Part shown: one piece after another, positions 8,427-17,160 of the stretch | How positions within the stretch are numbered: the stretch's first letter is position 1 | Layout: each line of letters starts with the position of its first letter | NCBI GenBank assembly: GCA_027459845.1 | Contig: DAIDGS010000003.1 | Location: 9,639 to 73,638 of the forward strand | Direction of reading: 5' to 3' | Source of the DNA: Vulcanimicrobiota bacterium | Lineage (GTDB): Bacteria > Vulcanimicrobiota > Vulcanimicrobiia > Vulcanimicrobiales > Vulcanimicrobiaceae | DNA: 64,000 nt | Made by a program: the position numbers and the translations under genes | Notes under the pieces: model-generated | Told to the model about the DNA's origin: nothing | The model's input: only the letters and a program-made list of their open reading frames with translations | The model's database searches: none

Positions 8427-9692
8427 CTAAGAACTCACCAGCCGGAACTTCGCGTACATAAACGGATAGTCGTCGTAAAACCAGTTGCGGAAGGAGCGGC
8501 GAATCAGTTCGACGGCCGTCACCGGCGAGGCGCCTTTCATGACGTAATGCCGCCCGTCGAAGAAGTCGGCCGAGTACTGCGGATACGACGCCATCGGCGT
8601 AAACCCCGGGAACGGTGCGAACGGAGTGGCCGTCCACTCCCAACCGTTGCCGATCAGATCGGCGACACCCCAGGCGCTCTGCCCGGCCGGGTGTGCATCG
8701 ACCGGTTCGGGGTCGAATCGCTGAAAATCGAAGTTCCCGTGCTCGGGCCCGGGTGGCCGGTCGCCCCAAGGAAAGGGGCGCTCCAGGTTGGCCGGCGACC
8801 CAAAGGCGGCCCGATGGTACTCGCTCTCGCTGGGGAGCCGGCGCCCGGCCCAACGCGCGTAGGCCGTGGCCTGTTGGTGGCTCACGTAGACCGGCCACGA
8901 CCCGGGCAGCGGTAACTCCTCGAATGCGCCGCGCAGGCGCCATGCGCCGTCGCGCTCGATCCAGAACGGCGGCGGCGGTCCACCCGCGGCGACGAATCGC
9001 TGCCAATCGGCATTCGTGACCGGGTAGCGCTCGATCGCGAACGCCGGCACCGCGACCTCGTGGCGCTCAAACTCGTTGTCCCACCCGAACGGCGCGTCGT
9101 CGTCAGCGCCAAGCGTGGCTACTCCGGCGGGGATCGCGATCGGCGCGCTCGGCGCAATCGCCGCGTCGCGGTGGTCCTGTTCCACGCGACGTTTCTGCGC
9201 CGGCTCGAGCTGATGGATGATGTACGTGAGCGTTTCGTGGTGCATCGGCTCGTGTTCGAGGATCGTCCAGGCGGACTGCGCGTGCCACATGCGGGGCTGC
9301 GCGTCGTCGCGTAGCGGCGCGTGCGCCAACGCATCGAGCACCCGCACGTCGCACGCATCGGCAAATGCCCGCACCGCGCTGCGCGTCGGCCAGTCGTTGC
9401 GCGTGTGCTCGGCCGCGGCGGCCGGCGACGCCGGATCGATACCGCGTTCGAACAGGCGCTCCAGACGGGCGTCGAGCGGCGGTTCGCCGAGTGCGCGCTC
9501 GTTGAGCGTGAGGTAGCTGAACGCCGGAAGGTGGCCCTCGTAGAAGATGAACGGATGCCGCAGCGGAATCGGGCGGCAATCGAACGCTTCGGGCGCCACG
9601 AGTTCGAAGAGCCGGGCCGAACGCGCGCGATTGCGCCGGTACCAGTCGAGCATGCGGGAGCGGTCGAGCCCGGCGCCGACGACGGTGGTCAC
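8427..9692 (-). CDS. EgtB/OvoA-like sulfoxide synthase (DinB-like N-domain + FGE/SUMF1-like C-domain nonheme iron enzyme)
   Basis: FIFYEGHLPAF and ILEHEPMHHETL are His-triad-like motifs in the N-domain. The C-domain carries GNGWEWT and RRSFRNWF, typical of the SUMF1/EgtB fold. 421 aa. Confidence 0.75.
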   Translation of the reverse strand: MTTVVGAGLDRSRMLDWYRRNRARSARLFELVAPEAFDCRPIPLRHPFIFYEGHLPAFSYLTLNERALGEPPLDARLERLFERGIDPASPAAAAEHTRNDWPTRSAVRAFADACDVRVLDALAHAPLRDDAQPRMWHAQSAWTILEHEPMHHETLTYIIHQLEPAQKRRVEQDHRDAAIAPSAPIAIPAGVATLGADDDAPFGWDNEFERHEVAVPAFAIERYPVTNADWQRFVAAGGPPPPFWIERDGAWRLRGAFEELPLPGSWPVYVSHQQATAYARWAGRRLPSESEYHRAAFGSPANLERPFPWGDRPPGPEHGNFDFQRFDPEPVDAHPAGQSAWGVADLIGNGWEWTATPFAPFPGFTPMASYPQYSADFFDGRHYVMKGASPVTAVELIRRSFRNWFYDDYPFMYAKFRLVSS

Positions 9693-9699
9693 GGCGCGC

Positions 9700-11775
9700 T
9701 CACCCGGTCGGCGCCGAGGGCATACGTTCGTGCAGAAAGCGCGCCAGGTCGGGCGCGGCCAAGGCCGGCGAAATCACGTATCCCTGCACGACGTCGCAGC
9801 CCTGCGCCGTGAGGAAGTCGAGCTGCTCGCGCGTTTCGACGCCCTCGGCGATCACCTCCAAATCGAGGTTGTGCGCCATGCCGATGATGGTGTTGACGAT
9901 GGTCTCGTCGCCGCTCGTTCGACCGATGCCGTGAACGAATGACGCATCGACTTTGAGGACGTCCAGCTCGAACTGTCGCAAGTAGGAGAGCGACGAGTAG
10001 CCGGTGCCGAAGTCGTCGACCGCGATGCGGATGCCGCTTGCGGCCAGCTCGCGTAAGATCGAGGCGGTTTGAGCGGCATCGTCCATCGCGATGCTTTCGG
10101 TGATCTCGACCTCCAGCAACGACGGATGGATGCGTGCCGCCTGGAGCGCATTCAAGATGCCTTGGCGTAGCGTGCGCTCGTGGAACTGGCGCGCCGACAG
10201 GTTCACCGCCAGGCGTAGCTGACCGAACTCGCGTTGCCACCCGGCCACGGTGTCGAGTGCGGTGGCGAGTACCCACTCGCCGAGTGCGACGATCAATCCT
10301 GAAATCTCGGCGCTCGGAATGAAGTGGTTCGGAAGGATCAGCCCGCTTTTGGGATGATTCCAGCGCACCAGCGCTTCGACGCTGACGATGCGGCCGGTAC
10401 GCAGATCGAACTGCGGCTGATAGTGGACGGTAAACTCTTCGCGTTCGAGCGCCTGGCGCAGCAGTTTCTCTTGCGAGAGCCGCAGGTGAATCGGCGCTTC
10501 GAGCGTGGGATCGTAGAAGTAGTAGCCGTTGCGGCCGCGATCCTTGGCGCGCGACATTGCGATGTCGGCGTTTTTGACCAGCGCTTGCTCGTCGCGTCCG
10601 TCCTCCGGGTACATCGCTATACCGATGCTGGCCGAGATGAACTGTTCGTAATCGTCCAGCGCGAACGGTTCGCCCAGTACGGCGAGCGCGCGTTCGGCTG
10701 CCTGGCGAGCATCGGCGTTCTCGATGACGTCGGTGAGCAGCAGCACGAACTCGTCGCTGCCGACGCGGGCGATCGAGGTCTTCCCGAACGCCTCGGTCAG
10801 CCGCAGCGCGACCGATCGCAATAACACGTCGCCCCGCGCGTGTCCGAGGGTATCGTTGACGTCCTTGAAGCGGTCTAAGTCGATGAAGAGCAGCGCGAAA
10901 CGTGAGAGCCGCGACTGCGCGACTTCGATCGCGTCGCGAACCCGTTCGGCCAGCATCGTGCGGTTGGGCAGGCCGGTGAGCGGATCGTAGTAGGCCAGCG
11001 TGCGCAGGCGCTCGCGTTGCAACTCGGCGCGGCGTTCGGCCTCGCGGCGCTCGGTGATGTCCTGGAAAACCGCGTAGATACCGACCACCTTCCCGGAGGA
11101 AAACTGCGGGATGACGGTGCCGTTGACCTCGATCGCGCGCCCGGCACCGTTGACGGTCGCAAACGTGAGCGTCGCCGGCGTTCCCGAGACCGCGCTCACG
11201 AACGCCTCGCGTGCCAGCTCGGCGTTGGTGTGGCCGAGAAACTCGGCAAAGTTGCGCCCCACGATCTGGTCGCGCCGCAGGCCGGAGACGCGCTCGGAGG
11301 CGTCGTTGCAGGCAAGCATCGTGCCCTCGAGGTCGAGGGCCAAGACCGGATCGGGATTGTGGTCGAAGAGCGAGCGCAGCCGCGCTTCGCTCTCGAGCAG
11401 CGCGGTGTCTTGCGACGCGATCCGGCGCTGGATCTCTTTCTTTTCGGTCTCGTCGCGGACAATACAGAAGACACCCTCGACGACGCCCTCGCGGAGCATC
11501 GGCACCGAGGTAATATAGATCTGCAGGCGGCGACCGGTAAAGGTGTGCGCGCGCGATCGATACGCGACGGTCTCACCGGCGAGGGCGCGATCGAAGTAGC
11601 TTTGATGACGCGGCAGATCTTCGGCGTCGAGCCAGTCGCGGAAATGATGACCGACGACGTTCTCGCGCGTGTTGTGCGCGCCGAACTGCAGTATTGCCTG
11701 GTTTGCATCGAGCACTCGGCCGTCACGGTCGAGCAGGAAGATGGCATCGGGATTGTGGTCGAACAGGGCGCGCAT
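9700..11775 (-). CDS. PAS-PAS-GGDEF-EAL signalling protein (c-di-GMP turnover)
   Basis: Two PAS-like repeats (LFDHNPDAIFLLDRDG.. and LFDHNPDPVLALDLEG..). The GGDEF domain has a GSDEF signature (ARVGSDEFVLLL). The EAL domain has SVEALVRWNHP, EVEITES and DDFGTGYSSLSYL. ATG at 11775 is preceded by GGAGG; an alternative GTG lies at 11820. The track N-terminus overlaps hppD. Confidence 0.85.
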   Translation of the reverse strand: MRALFDHNPDAIFLLDRDGRVLDANQAILQFGAHNTRENVVGHHFRDWLDAEDLPRHQSYFDRALAGETVAYRSRAHTFTGRRLQIYITSVPMLREGVVEGVFCIVRDETEKKEIQRRIASQDTALLESEARLRSLFDHNPDPVLALDLEGTMLACNDASERVSGLRRDQIVGRNFAEFLGHTNAELAREAFVSAVSGTPATLTFATVNGAGRAIEVNGTVIPQFSSGKVVGIYAVFQDITERREAERRAELQRERLRTLAYYDPLTGLPNRTMLAERVRDAIEVAQSRLSRFALLFIDLDRFKDVNDTLGHARGDVLLRSVALRLTEAFGKTSIARVGSDEFVLLLTDVIENADARQAAERALAVLGEPFALDDYEQFISASIGIAMYPEDGRDEQALVKNADIAMSRAKDRGRNGYYFYDPTLEAPIHLRLSQEKLLRQALEREEFTVHYQPQFDLRTGRIVSVEALVRWNHPKSGLILPNHFIPSAEISGLIVALGEWVLATALDTVAGWQREFGQLRLAVNLSARQFHERTLRQGILNALQAARIHPSLLEVEITESIAMDDAAQTASILRELAASGIRIAVDDFGTGYSSLSYLRQFELDVLKVDASFVHGIGRTSGDETIVNTIIGMAHNLDLEVIAEGVETREQLDFLTAQGCDVVQGYVISPALAAPDLARFLHERMPSAPTG

Positions 11776-11848
11776 GCGCTCCTCCCCCGCACTCGCCGGG
11801 GGCCGCGCCTCGATGCTCACCGCCGGCGCGCTCGGGTCCCCGTCGCGC

Positions 11849-12964
11849 TCATAGCGTTCCTCGCTTTTCCTGTTCGCGTTCGATCGAAACGAAGAGTGCC
11901 TTGAAGTTCCCCTTACCGAACGAGAGGCTGCCCTTACGCTGGATGATCTCGAAGAAGAGCGTGGGGCGATCTTGGAGCGGCTTGGTGAATATCTGCAGCA
12001 TGTAGCCGAGGTCGTCGCGATCGACCAGGATCCGCAACTTGCGTAGGATCGCAATCTCTTCGTCGATCGGCCCGACGCGCTCGGCCAGATCGTCGTAGTA
12101 GGAGTCGGGGGTATCCAGAAACTCGACGCCGTTGGCTTGCAGCGCCTCGATCGTCGCCACGATGTCGTCGGTGCGAATCGCCATGTGCTGAACGCCCGCG
12201 CCGCGATAAAAGTCCAGGTACTCCTCGATCTGCGACTTCTTTTTGCCCTGGGCGGGTTCGTTGATCGGAAACTTGACGCGATGGCGCGGGTCGGTCATCA
12301 CCTTCGAGCGCAGCGACGTATATTCGGTCGAGATGTCCTTGTCGTCGAACGAGACCAGTTGCGAAAAACCGAAAACGCGGGCGTAAAAGTCACCCCATGC
12401 GTCCATTTCGCCCCAGCCGACGTTGCCGACGCAGTGATCGATGAACTGCAGTCCGGGCTTGCGTGCTGCGGCGAGGACCTTCGGCGCGGCCACGAACCCC
12501 GGCGCGAAGACGCCGCGATAGCCGTCGCGCTGCACGAAGGTGTGAACGGTGTCGCCGTAGGTCGCGATCGTCGCGGTCAGCAAGCGGCCGTGCGCGTCGT
12601 CGGCCGGCGCCGGCGGCCGGATCGAACGTGCGCCGCCGGCGACGGCCATCGCATAGGCGGCCGCAACGTCGTCGACGACGATGGCAATGTCCTTGACCCC
12701 GTCGCCGTGCAGGGCTACGTGCTCCGCGATTGGATCGCCGGGCACCAGACTGGAGGTCAGCACGAAGCGCAGCTTATTCTGCTGCAGCAGGTAGCTGGCG
12801 CGTCCGCTCACGCCGGTCTCGGGTCCGGCGTAGGCGACCTGCTCGAAGCCAAACGCCGACATGTAGTAGTGCGCGGCTTGCTTGGCGTTCCCGACGTAGA
12901 ACTCGACGTAGTCCCAATCGATATGGGCGAGCGGATTGCTGGTGGCTTCGGTCGCGGTGCTCAT
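11849..12964 (-). CDS. hppD: 4-hydroxyphenylpyruvate dioxygenase
   Basis: MSTATEATSNPLAHIDWDYVEFYVGNAKQAAHYYMSAFGF...GVQHMAIRTDDIVATIEAL...FEIIQRKGSLSFGKGNFKALFVSIEREQ, including the characteristic C-terminal HPPD motif. 371 aa counted from the ATG at 12964. Confidence 0.9.
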   Translation of the reverse strand: MSTATEATSNPLAHIDWDYVEFYVGNAKQAAHYYMSAFGFEQVAYAGPETGVSGRASYLLQQNKLRFVLTSSLVPGDPIAEHVALHGDGVKDIAIVVDDVAAAYAMAVAGGARSIRPPAPADDAHGRLLTATIATYGDTVHTFVQRDGYRGVFAPGFVAAPKVLAAARKPGLQFIDHCVGNVGWGEMDAWGDFYARVFGFSQLVSFDDKDISTEYTSLRSKVMTDPRHRVKFPINEPAQGKKKSQIEEYLDFYRGAGVQHMAIRTDDIVATIEALQANGVEFLDTPDSYYDDLAERVGPIDEEIAILRKLRILVDRDDLGYMLQIFTKPLQDRPTLFFEIIQRKGSLSFGKGNFKALFVSIEREQEKRGTL

Positions 12965-13027
12965 CGTGCAGCCTTGGCGAACCGGGGAAAGGGCCCCTGT
13001 TGGCGCGCCCGCGAACCCAGCCGGCGT

Positions 13028-13951
13028 ATGACCGTCTCGCAGCGCTCGGTCGCCGATGCGGCCTTCGGTGCCCTCGTCGATTACGCCGGACTCTTTCCGC
13101 CGGCCGCCTTGAGCATGCATGCCGCAGCCGAGGCGTATGCCGCGGCGCGCGCCGGTGCGCATGCCTGGATGCTCGGTCGCTTCATCGTGCCGGCATCGCG
13201 CCTCGACGAGCTTGCCGCCGTCGAACCGGCTCCGTCGCCGGAACGCTCGGTGATCTTGGATGCCGATCGCGACCCGCGCGGGTGGTTCGACGCGATCGGC
13301 GCAACCATCGCCGGGGTAGCGGCGCGCCGCGACCGTCCGATCGGGGCGCTCGAAGTCGCCTTGCCCGCGTTGCTGAGCCGGCGCGATAGCTACGATGCCG
13401 CCGTCGGCCAACTGCGCGCGTTGCTCGATCGCGCCGCCTTGGGCGCGCTTCCGATCTACGTCGAAGCCCCGCGCACGCCGGCCTGGCTGGATGGACTCGA
13501 GGGTTACATGCAGGTGCTCCGCCGCTACGGCTTTGGCGCCAAGCTGCGCTGCGGTGGGCTCGACGCAGCCGCGTTTCCGAGCATCGACGAGGTGGCGGCC
13601 TTCGTGACGGCGGCCGCCACCGAAGGCGTGCGCTACAAAGCCACCGCCGGCCTGCACCATCCCGTGCGCCATCACGATGCGACGCTCGATCTCCCGATGC
13701 ACGGATTTCTGAACATCCTGATCGCGGCGCTGCTCGCCGCGACTGGTGACGCCGGCGACGTACGCGCGGTGCTCGCCGAAGACGACGCGCGCGCCTTCGT
13801 CTTCGCAGCGACCGAACTGCGCTGGCGCGGGCATCGCTTTTCGGCTGCCGACGTGGCGCGGGTACGCCGTGATGCGTTCGTGGCGTACGGAAGCTGCAGT
13901 TTCGCCGAGCCGGTCGACGACCTGGTCGCCTTGGGTGCCATTGCACCGTGA
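13028..13951 (+). CDS. conserved-looking hypothetical protein, no family recognised
   Basis: ATG at 13028 inside track ORF 12137..13951; the upstream part is the antisense shadow of hppD. 307 aa with no TM segment or signal peptide. Motifs KLRCGG, YKATAGLHHPVRHH, HGFLN and YGSCSFAEP. Its stop overlaps the fahA GTG start. Confidence 0.7.
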   Translation: MTVSQRSVADAAFGALVDYAGLFPPAALSMHAAAEAYAAARAGAHAWMLGRFIVPASRLDELAAVEPAPSPERSVILDADRDPRGWFDAIGATIAGVAARRDRPIGALEVALPALLSRRDSYDAAVGQLRALLDRAALGALPIYVEAPRTPAWLDGLEGYMQVLRRYGFGAKLRCGGLDAAAFPSIDEVAAFVTAAATEGVRYKATAGLHHPVRHHDATLDLPMHGFLNILIAALLAATGDAGDVRAVLAEDDARAFVFAATELRWRGHRFSAADVARVRRDAFVAYGSCSFAEPVDDLVALGAIAP

Positions 13952-15246
13952 CGCGCGAACGGTGGGGCGATCCCAACGACGCCGCGCTGACGTCGTGGGT
14001 CCCGCTCGACGCGGCCGGCGACTTTCCCGTGCAGAACTTGCCGCTGGGCGTCTTTGAAGGCACCGGCGGGGCGCGCATCGGTGCGGCGATCGGCGATCGC
14101 ATCGTCGACCTGCGCGCGGCTTCCGAAGCCGGACTGCTGGATGGCATCGCCGATCCCGCGGCGCTGCGCGCGGCGACGCTCAACGCACTCTTCGCGGCCG
14201 GGCGCCCTGCGCTGACGCGACTGCGCGCGCGGCTTTCGGCGCTGCTGCGCAGCGACGGCGATCCGGCGCTGCACGCCCTGGGCGACGCGCTGCTGGTCGA
14301 TCGCTCCCAGGCGCGCATGCAGGTTCCGCTGGCGATCGGCGACTACGTCGATTTCTATTCGTCGCTCGAGCATGCCACCAACCTCGGACGGATCTTTCGC
14401 CCCGACGGCGAGCCGCTGTTGCCCAACTGGCGCTGGATTCCGATCGGCTACCACGGTCGCGCCGGAAGCGTGGCGATCGATGGAACGCCGGTCCGGCGCC
14501 CATGCGGTCAGCGCAAGGCGCCCGATGCCGCCGCGCCGACCTTCGGTCCGAGCGCGATGCTCGACATCGAACTCGAGATGGGCTTCTTTGCGGCCGGCGG
14601 CAATCGCTTGGGCGAACCGATCGCGGCCGCCGCAGCCGAGGCGCAGATTGGCGGGTTCGTGCTGGTCAACGACTGGAGCGCGCGCGACGTTCAGGCATGG
14701 GAGTATCAGCCGCTCGGCCCGTTCCTCGGCAAGTCGTTCCTCACGACGATTTCTCCCTGGGTTGTGAGTCTCGACGCGCTCGAGCCGTTTCGCGTGGCCG
14801 GACCGCTGCAGGAGCCGCCGCCGCTGGGATATCTGCAGGCGCCCGGACCGCACGGCTTTTCGATCGAACTGGCGGTGACGCTGCAGAGTGCGGCGATGCG
14901 CGCGGCGGGAGTCGCGCCGGCGACGATCGCCCGCGGGAACTTCGCGGGGATGTACTGGAGTGCCGCACAGCAACTCGCGCATGCTAGCTCCAACGGCGCA
15001 CGCGTGCGTCCCGGCGATCTCTTTGCCTCGGGAACCATCTCGGGAAGTACGCCCGACTCCTACGGAAGCTTGATCGAGCTGACCTGGCGCGGAACGCGCC
15101 CGCTCGTTCTTCCCAGCGGCGAGCAGCGCCGCTTTCTCGAGGATGGCGACGACGTCGCACTGCACGCGTGGTGCGAGAAGCCGGGTGCGGCGCGAATCGG
15201 GTTCGGCCTGGCGCGCGGGCGGGTCGAGCCGGCCGGGGCGGCTTAG
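13948..15246 (+). CDS. fahA: fumarylacetoacetase
   Basis: N-terminal FAA hydrolase domain (SWVPLDAAGDFPVQNLPLGVF) and a FAH-fold C-domain (FVLVNDWSARDVQAWEYQPLGPFLGKSF). 432 aa. Confidence 0.9.
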   Translation: MTRERWGDPNDAALTSWVPLDAAGDFPVQNLPLGVFEGTGGARIGAAIGDRIVDLRAASEAGLLDGIADPAALRAATLNALFAAGRPALTRLRARLSALLRSDGDPALHALGDALLVDRSQARMQVPLAIGDYVDFYSSLEHATNLGRIFRPDGEPLLPNWRWIPIGYHGRAGSVAIDGTPVRRPCGQRKAPDAAAPTFGPSAMLDIELEMGFFAAGGNRLGEPIAAAAAEAQIGGFVLVNDWSARDVQAWEYQPLGPFLGKSFLTTISPWVVSLDALEPFRVAGPLQEPPPLGYLQAPGPHGFSIELAVTLQSAAMRAAGVAPATIARGNFAGMYWSAAQQLAHASSNGARVRPGDLFASGTISGSTPDSYGSLIELTWRGTRPLVLPSGEQRRFLEDGDDVALHAWCEKPGAARIGFGLARGRVEPAGAA

Positions 15247-16406
15247 CCGGCCGGAACCTCGATCCACGAGCGGAAGTAGCTCGGCTCTTCGCACGCCGTT
15301 CCGGCCGAACCGATCTGCAGCGGTGCAAAGGTGTCGATCATCACGGCGATTTCGTCGGTCGAGGTCTTGCCCAGACTCGACTCGACGGCTCCCGGCTGCG
15401 GTCCGTGCGGCGCGCCGGCGGCATGCAGGGTGATCGAACCCTCCTCCACGCCGCGGCGGCTCATGAAGTTGCCGCTCACGTAGTAGAGTACTTCGTCGCA
15501 GTCGACGCTGGAGTGATTGTAGGGAACCGGGATCGCGAGCGGATGATAGTCGAACATCCGCGGTACGAACGCGCAAAAGGCGGCGCCGGGGGCCTCGAAT
15601 ACGGCATGTGCTGGCGGCGGCTGATGCAGCTTTCCGGTGATCGGGGCGAACTCGTCGAGATTGAAGGCGTACGGGTAGCAGTAGCCGTCCCACCCGATCA
15701 CGTCGCAAGGGTGATTCTGCACCACGTACACGGCGCTGCGTCCCCCATTGGTGACCAGCACCTCGTACTCACCCGGCGCGTCGACCGGTGCCTTGAGCAC
15801 CGGAACGCGAAAGTCGCGCTCGTAGTACGGCGCGTGCTCCTCCAACTGGCCGAACTCGTTGCGATACTTGCGCGGAATCGTCACGCTGCCCGACGATGCG
15901 TAGACGAGCATCCGGGTCGCGGACGAGGGCAGGACGCGATAGGTTGTGCCGGTCGGGATCACGAGGTAGTCGTGCGCCCGGTACGCGAGATCGCCGAACG
16001 GCGTTTCGATCGTTCCGGCGCCGCGATGCACGAAGATCAGCTCGTCGCCGCCGGTGTTGCGGTAAAAGGCGGTCATCGGGCGGTCGGCGTCGGCGACGGC
16101 GATCGTGACGTCGGCATTGCCCAAAATCGTACGGCGTGCGGCGATTGCGTCGCCGCCCCCGCTCAGGGTCTGCGTTTTGAAGTGCCGGTTGCGTAGTGGA
16201 TCGTTGGCGACCAGCGGCTCGACCGCACGTTGCCAGGGCCGCACCTCGAGCGTTGCGGTTGGGGGGCGCAGGTGGTAGAGCAGCGAGTAGACGCTCTCGA
16301 AGCCCTTGGTCGAAAACAACTCTTCGGCGTAGAGGCCGCCGTCGGGGCGGCGAAACTGAATGTGGCGCTTGTGCGGCAACGCGCCGGCGCGAACGTAGGA
16401 CGGCAT
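15243..16406 (-). CDS. hmgA: homogentisate 1,2-dioxygenase (short bacterial cupin type)
   Basis: MPSYVRAGALPHKRHIQFRRPDGGLYAEELFSTKGFESVYSLLYHLRPPT. 387 aa, convergent with fahA, inside the tyrosine catabolic cluster. Confidence 0.8.
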   Translation of the reverse strand: MPSYVRAGALPHKRHIQFRRPDGGLYAEELFSTKGFESVYSLLYHLRPPTATLEVRPWQRAVEPLVANDPLRNRHFKTQTLSGGGDAIAARRTILGNADVTIAVADADRPMTAFYRNTGGDELIFVHRGAGTIETPFGDLAYRAHDYLVIPTGTTYRVLPSSATRMLVYASSGSVTIPRKYRNEFGQLEEHAPYYERDFRVPVLKAPVDAPGEYEVLVTNGGRSAVYVVQNHPCDVIGWDGYCYPYAFNLDEFAPITGKLHQPPPAHAVFEAPGAAFCAFVPRMFDYHPLAIPVPYNHSSVDCDEVLYYVSGNFMSRRGVEEGSITLHAAGAPHGPQPGAVESSLGKTSTDEIAVMIDTFAPLQIGSAGTACEEPSYFRSWIEVPAG

Positions 16407-16621
16407 CAGCCGGCGCGCTCCGCCGCGCGTTCGGTGGCGGCGAATCCGACGCGTTTGTGCGAGCCGTCGCAGAACGGCTTGCTTTCGGAATGACCGCAGC
16501 GACAGAGCGCTGCCGTGGCGCCCTCCAGCACGTAGGCGTTGCCGTCGCAGTCGGTGAGGGTCAGGTCGCCGGTGACCAAGTAAGGCCCGCTTTCGCGCAC
16601 TTTGATGTGTGTTGCTGCCAT
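16406..16621 (-). CDS. CDGSH iron-sulfur domain-containing protein
   Basis: ATG at 16621 gives MAATHIKVRESGPYLVTGDL...CRCGHSESKPFCDGSHKRVGF, the canonical CxCx2Sx3PxCDGSH 2Fe-2S motif. 71 aa. Its stop overlaps the hmgA ATG by 1 nt. Confidence 0.85.
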   Translation of the reverse strand: MAATHIKVRESGPYLVTGDLTLTDCDGNAYVLEGATAALCRCGHSESKPFCDGSHKRVGFAATERAAERAG

Positions 16622-16659
16622 GGCGTCGCCTTCGACGCGTACCGCGGCGCTTCCGGTTC

Positions 16660-17160
16660 TCAGGGCGTCCCGGCCACTCCGATCAGGGTTGCGCTCGCCA
16701 ACACGTGGCCGTCGATCGCGCGTCGCAGCGTACGCGCGTCCATGCTTGCGGTGGTACGAACGTGCGCGAGATCGAGCGCGTAGAGCGTAAATGCATAGTG
16801 GTGCGCCGGTCCGGGGGGCGGGCACGGGCCGACGTACCCATGCCGACCGCTCGAACCCGCTCCCAGCTCGGCGCGCGCGAGCCGGGCGCCGGCCGGCAGC
16901 GCACGCGTCGCGGCCGGCAGATCGTAGACGACCCAGTGGTAGAAGCCGCCGGGAAGCGGGGCGTCGGGATCGTGCAGGATCAGCGCGAAGCTGCGCGTTC
17001 CGACCGGAACGTGGCTCCAGTGCAGTTCGGGCGAGCGCGCCGAACCGCCGCAGCGCACCGCCAACACGGCGCGCGGGAGTCGCGCGCCGGCGACGAACGA
17101 CGAGCTTGCGAGGTGTAACGGCGCGGCCGCGATCACGACGGCGGCGAACAGCGCGATCAC
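16660..17160 (-). CDS. YbhB/YbcL-family (PEBP / Raf kinase inhibitor-like) protein
   Basis: SFALILHDPDAPLPGGFYHWVVYDLP...GYVGPCPPPGPAHHYAFTLYALD are PEBP signature motifs. GTG at 17160 is preceded by GGGAGG and overlaps the stop of the M3 peptidase gene (GTGA). Hydrophobic N-terminus. Confidence 0.8.
   Translation of the reverse strand: MIALFAAVVIAAAPLHLASSSFVAGARLPRAVLAVRCGGSARSPELHWSHVPVGTRSFALILHDPDAPLPGGFYHWVVYDLPAATRALPAGARLARAELGAGSSGRHGYVGPCPPPGPAHHYAFTLYALDLAHVRTTASMDARTLRRAIDGHVLASATLIGVAGTP

Noticed and set aside
13672-15708. 678-aa minus-strand ORF across fahA and the start of hmgA
   Set aside because: Low-complexity Arg-rich shadow of fahA. The plus-strand FahA and minus-strand HmgA (in a different frame) are both strongly recognisable.
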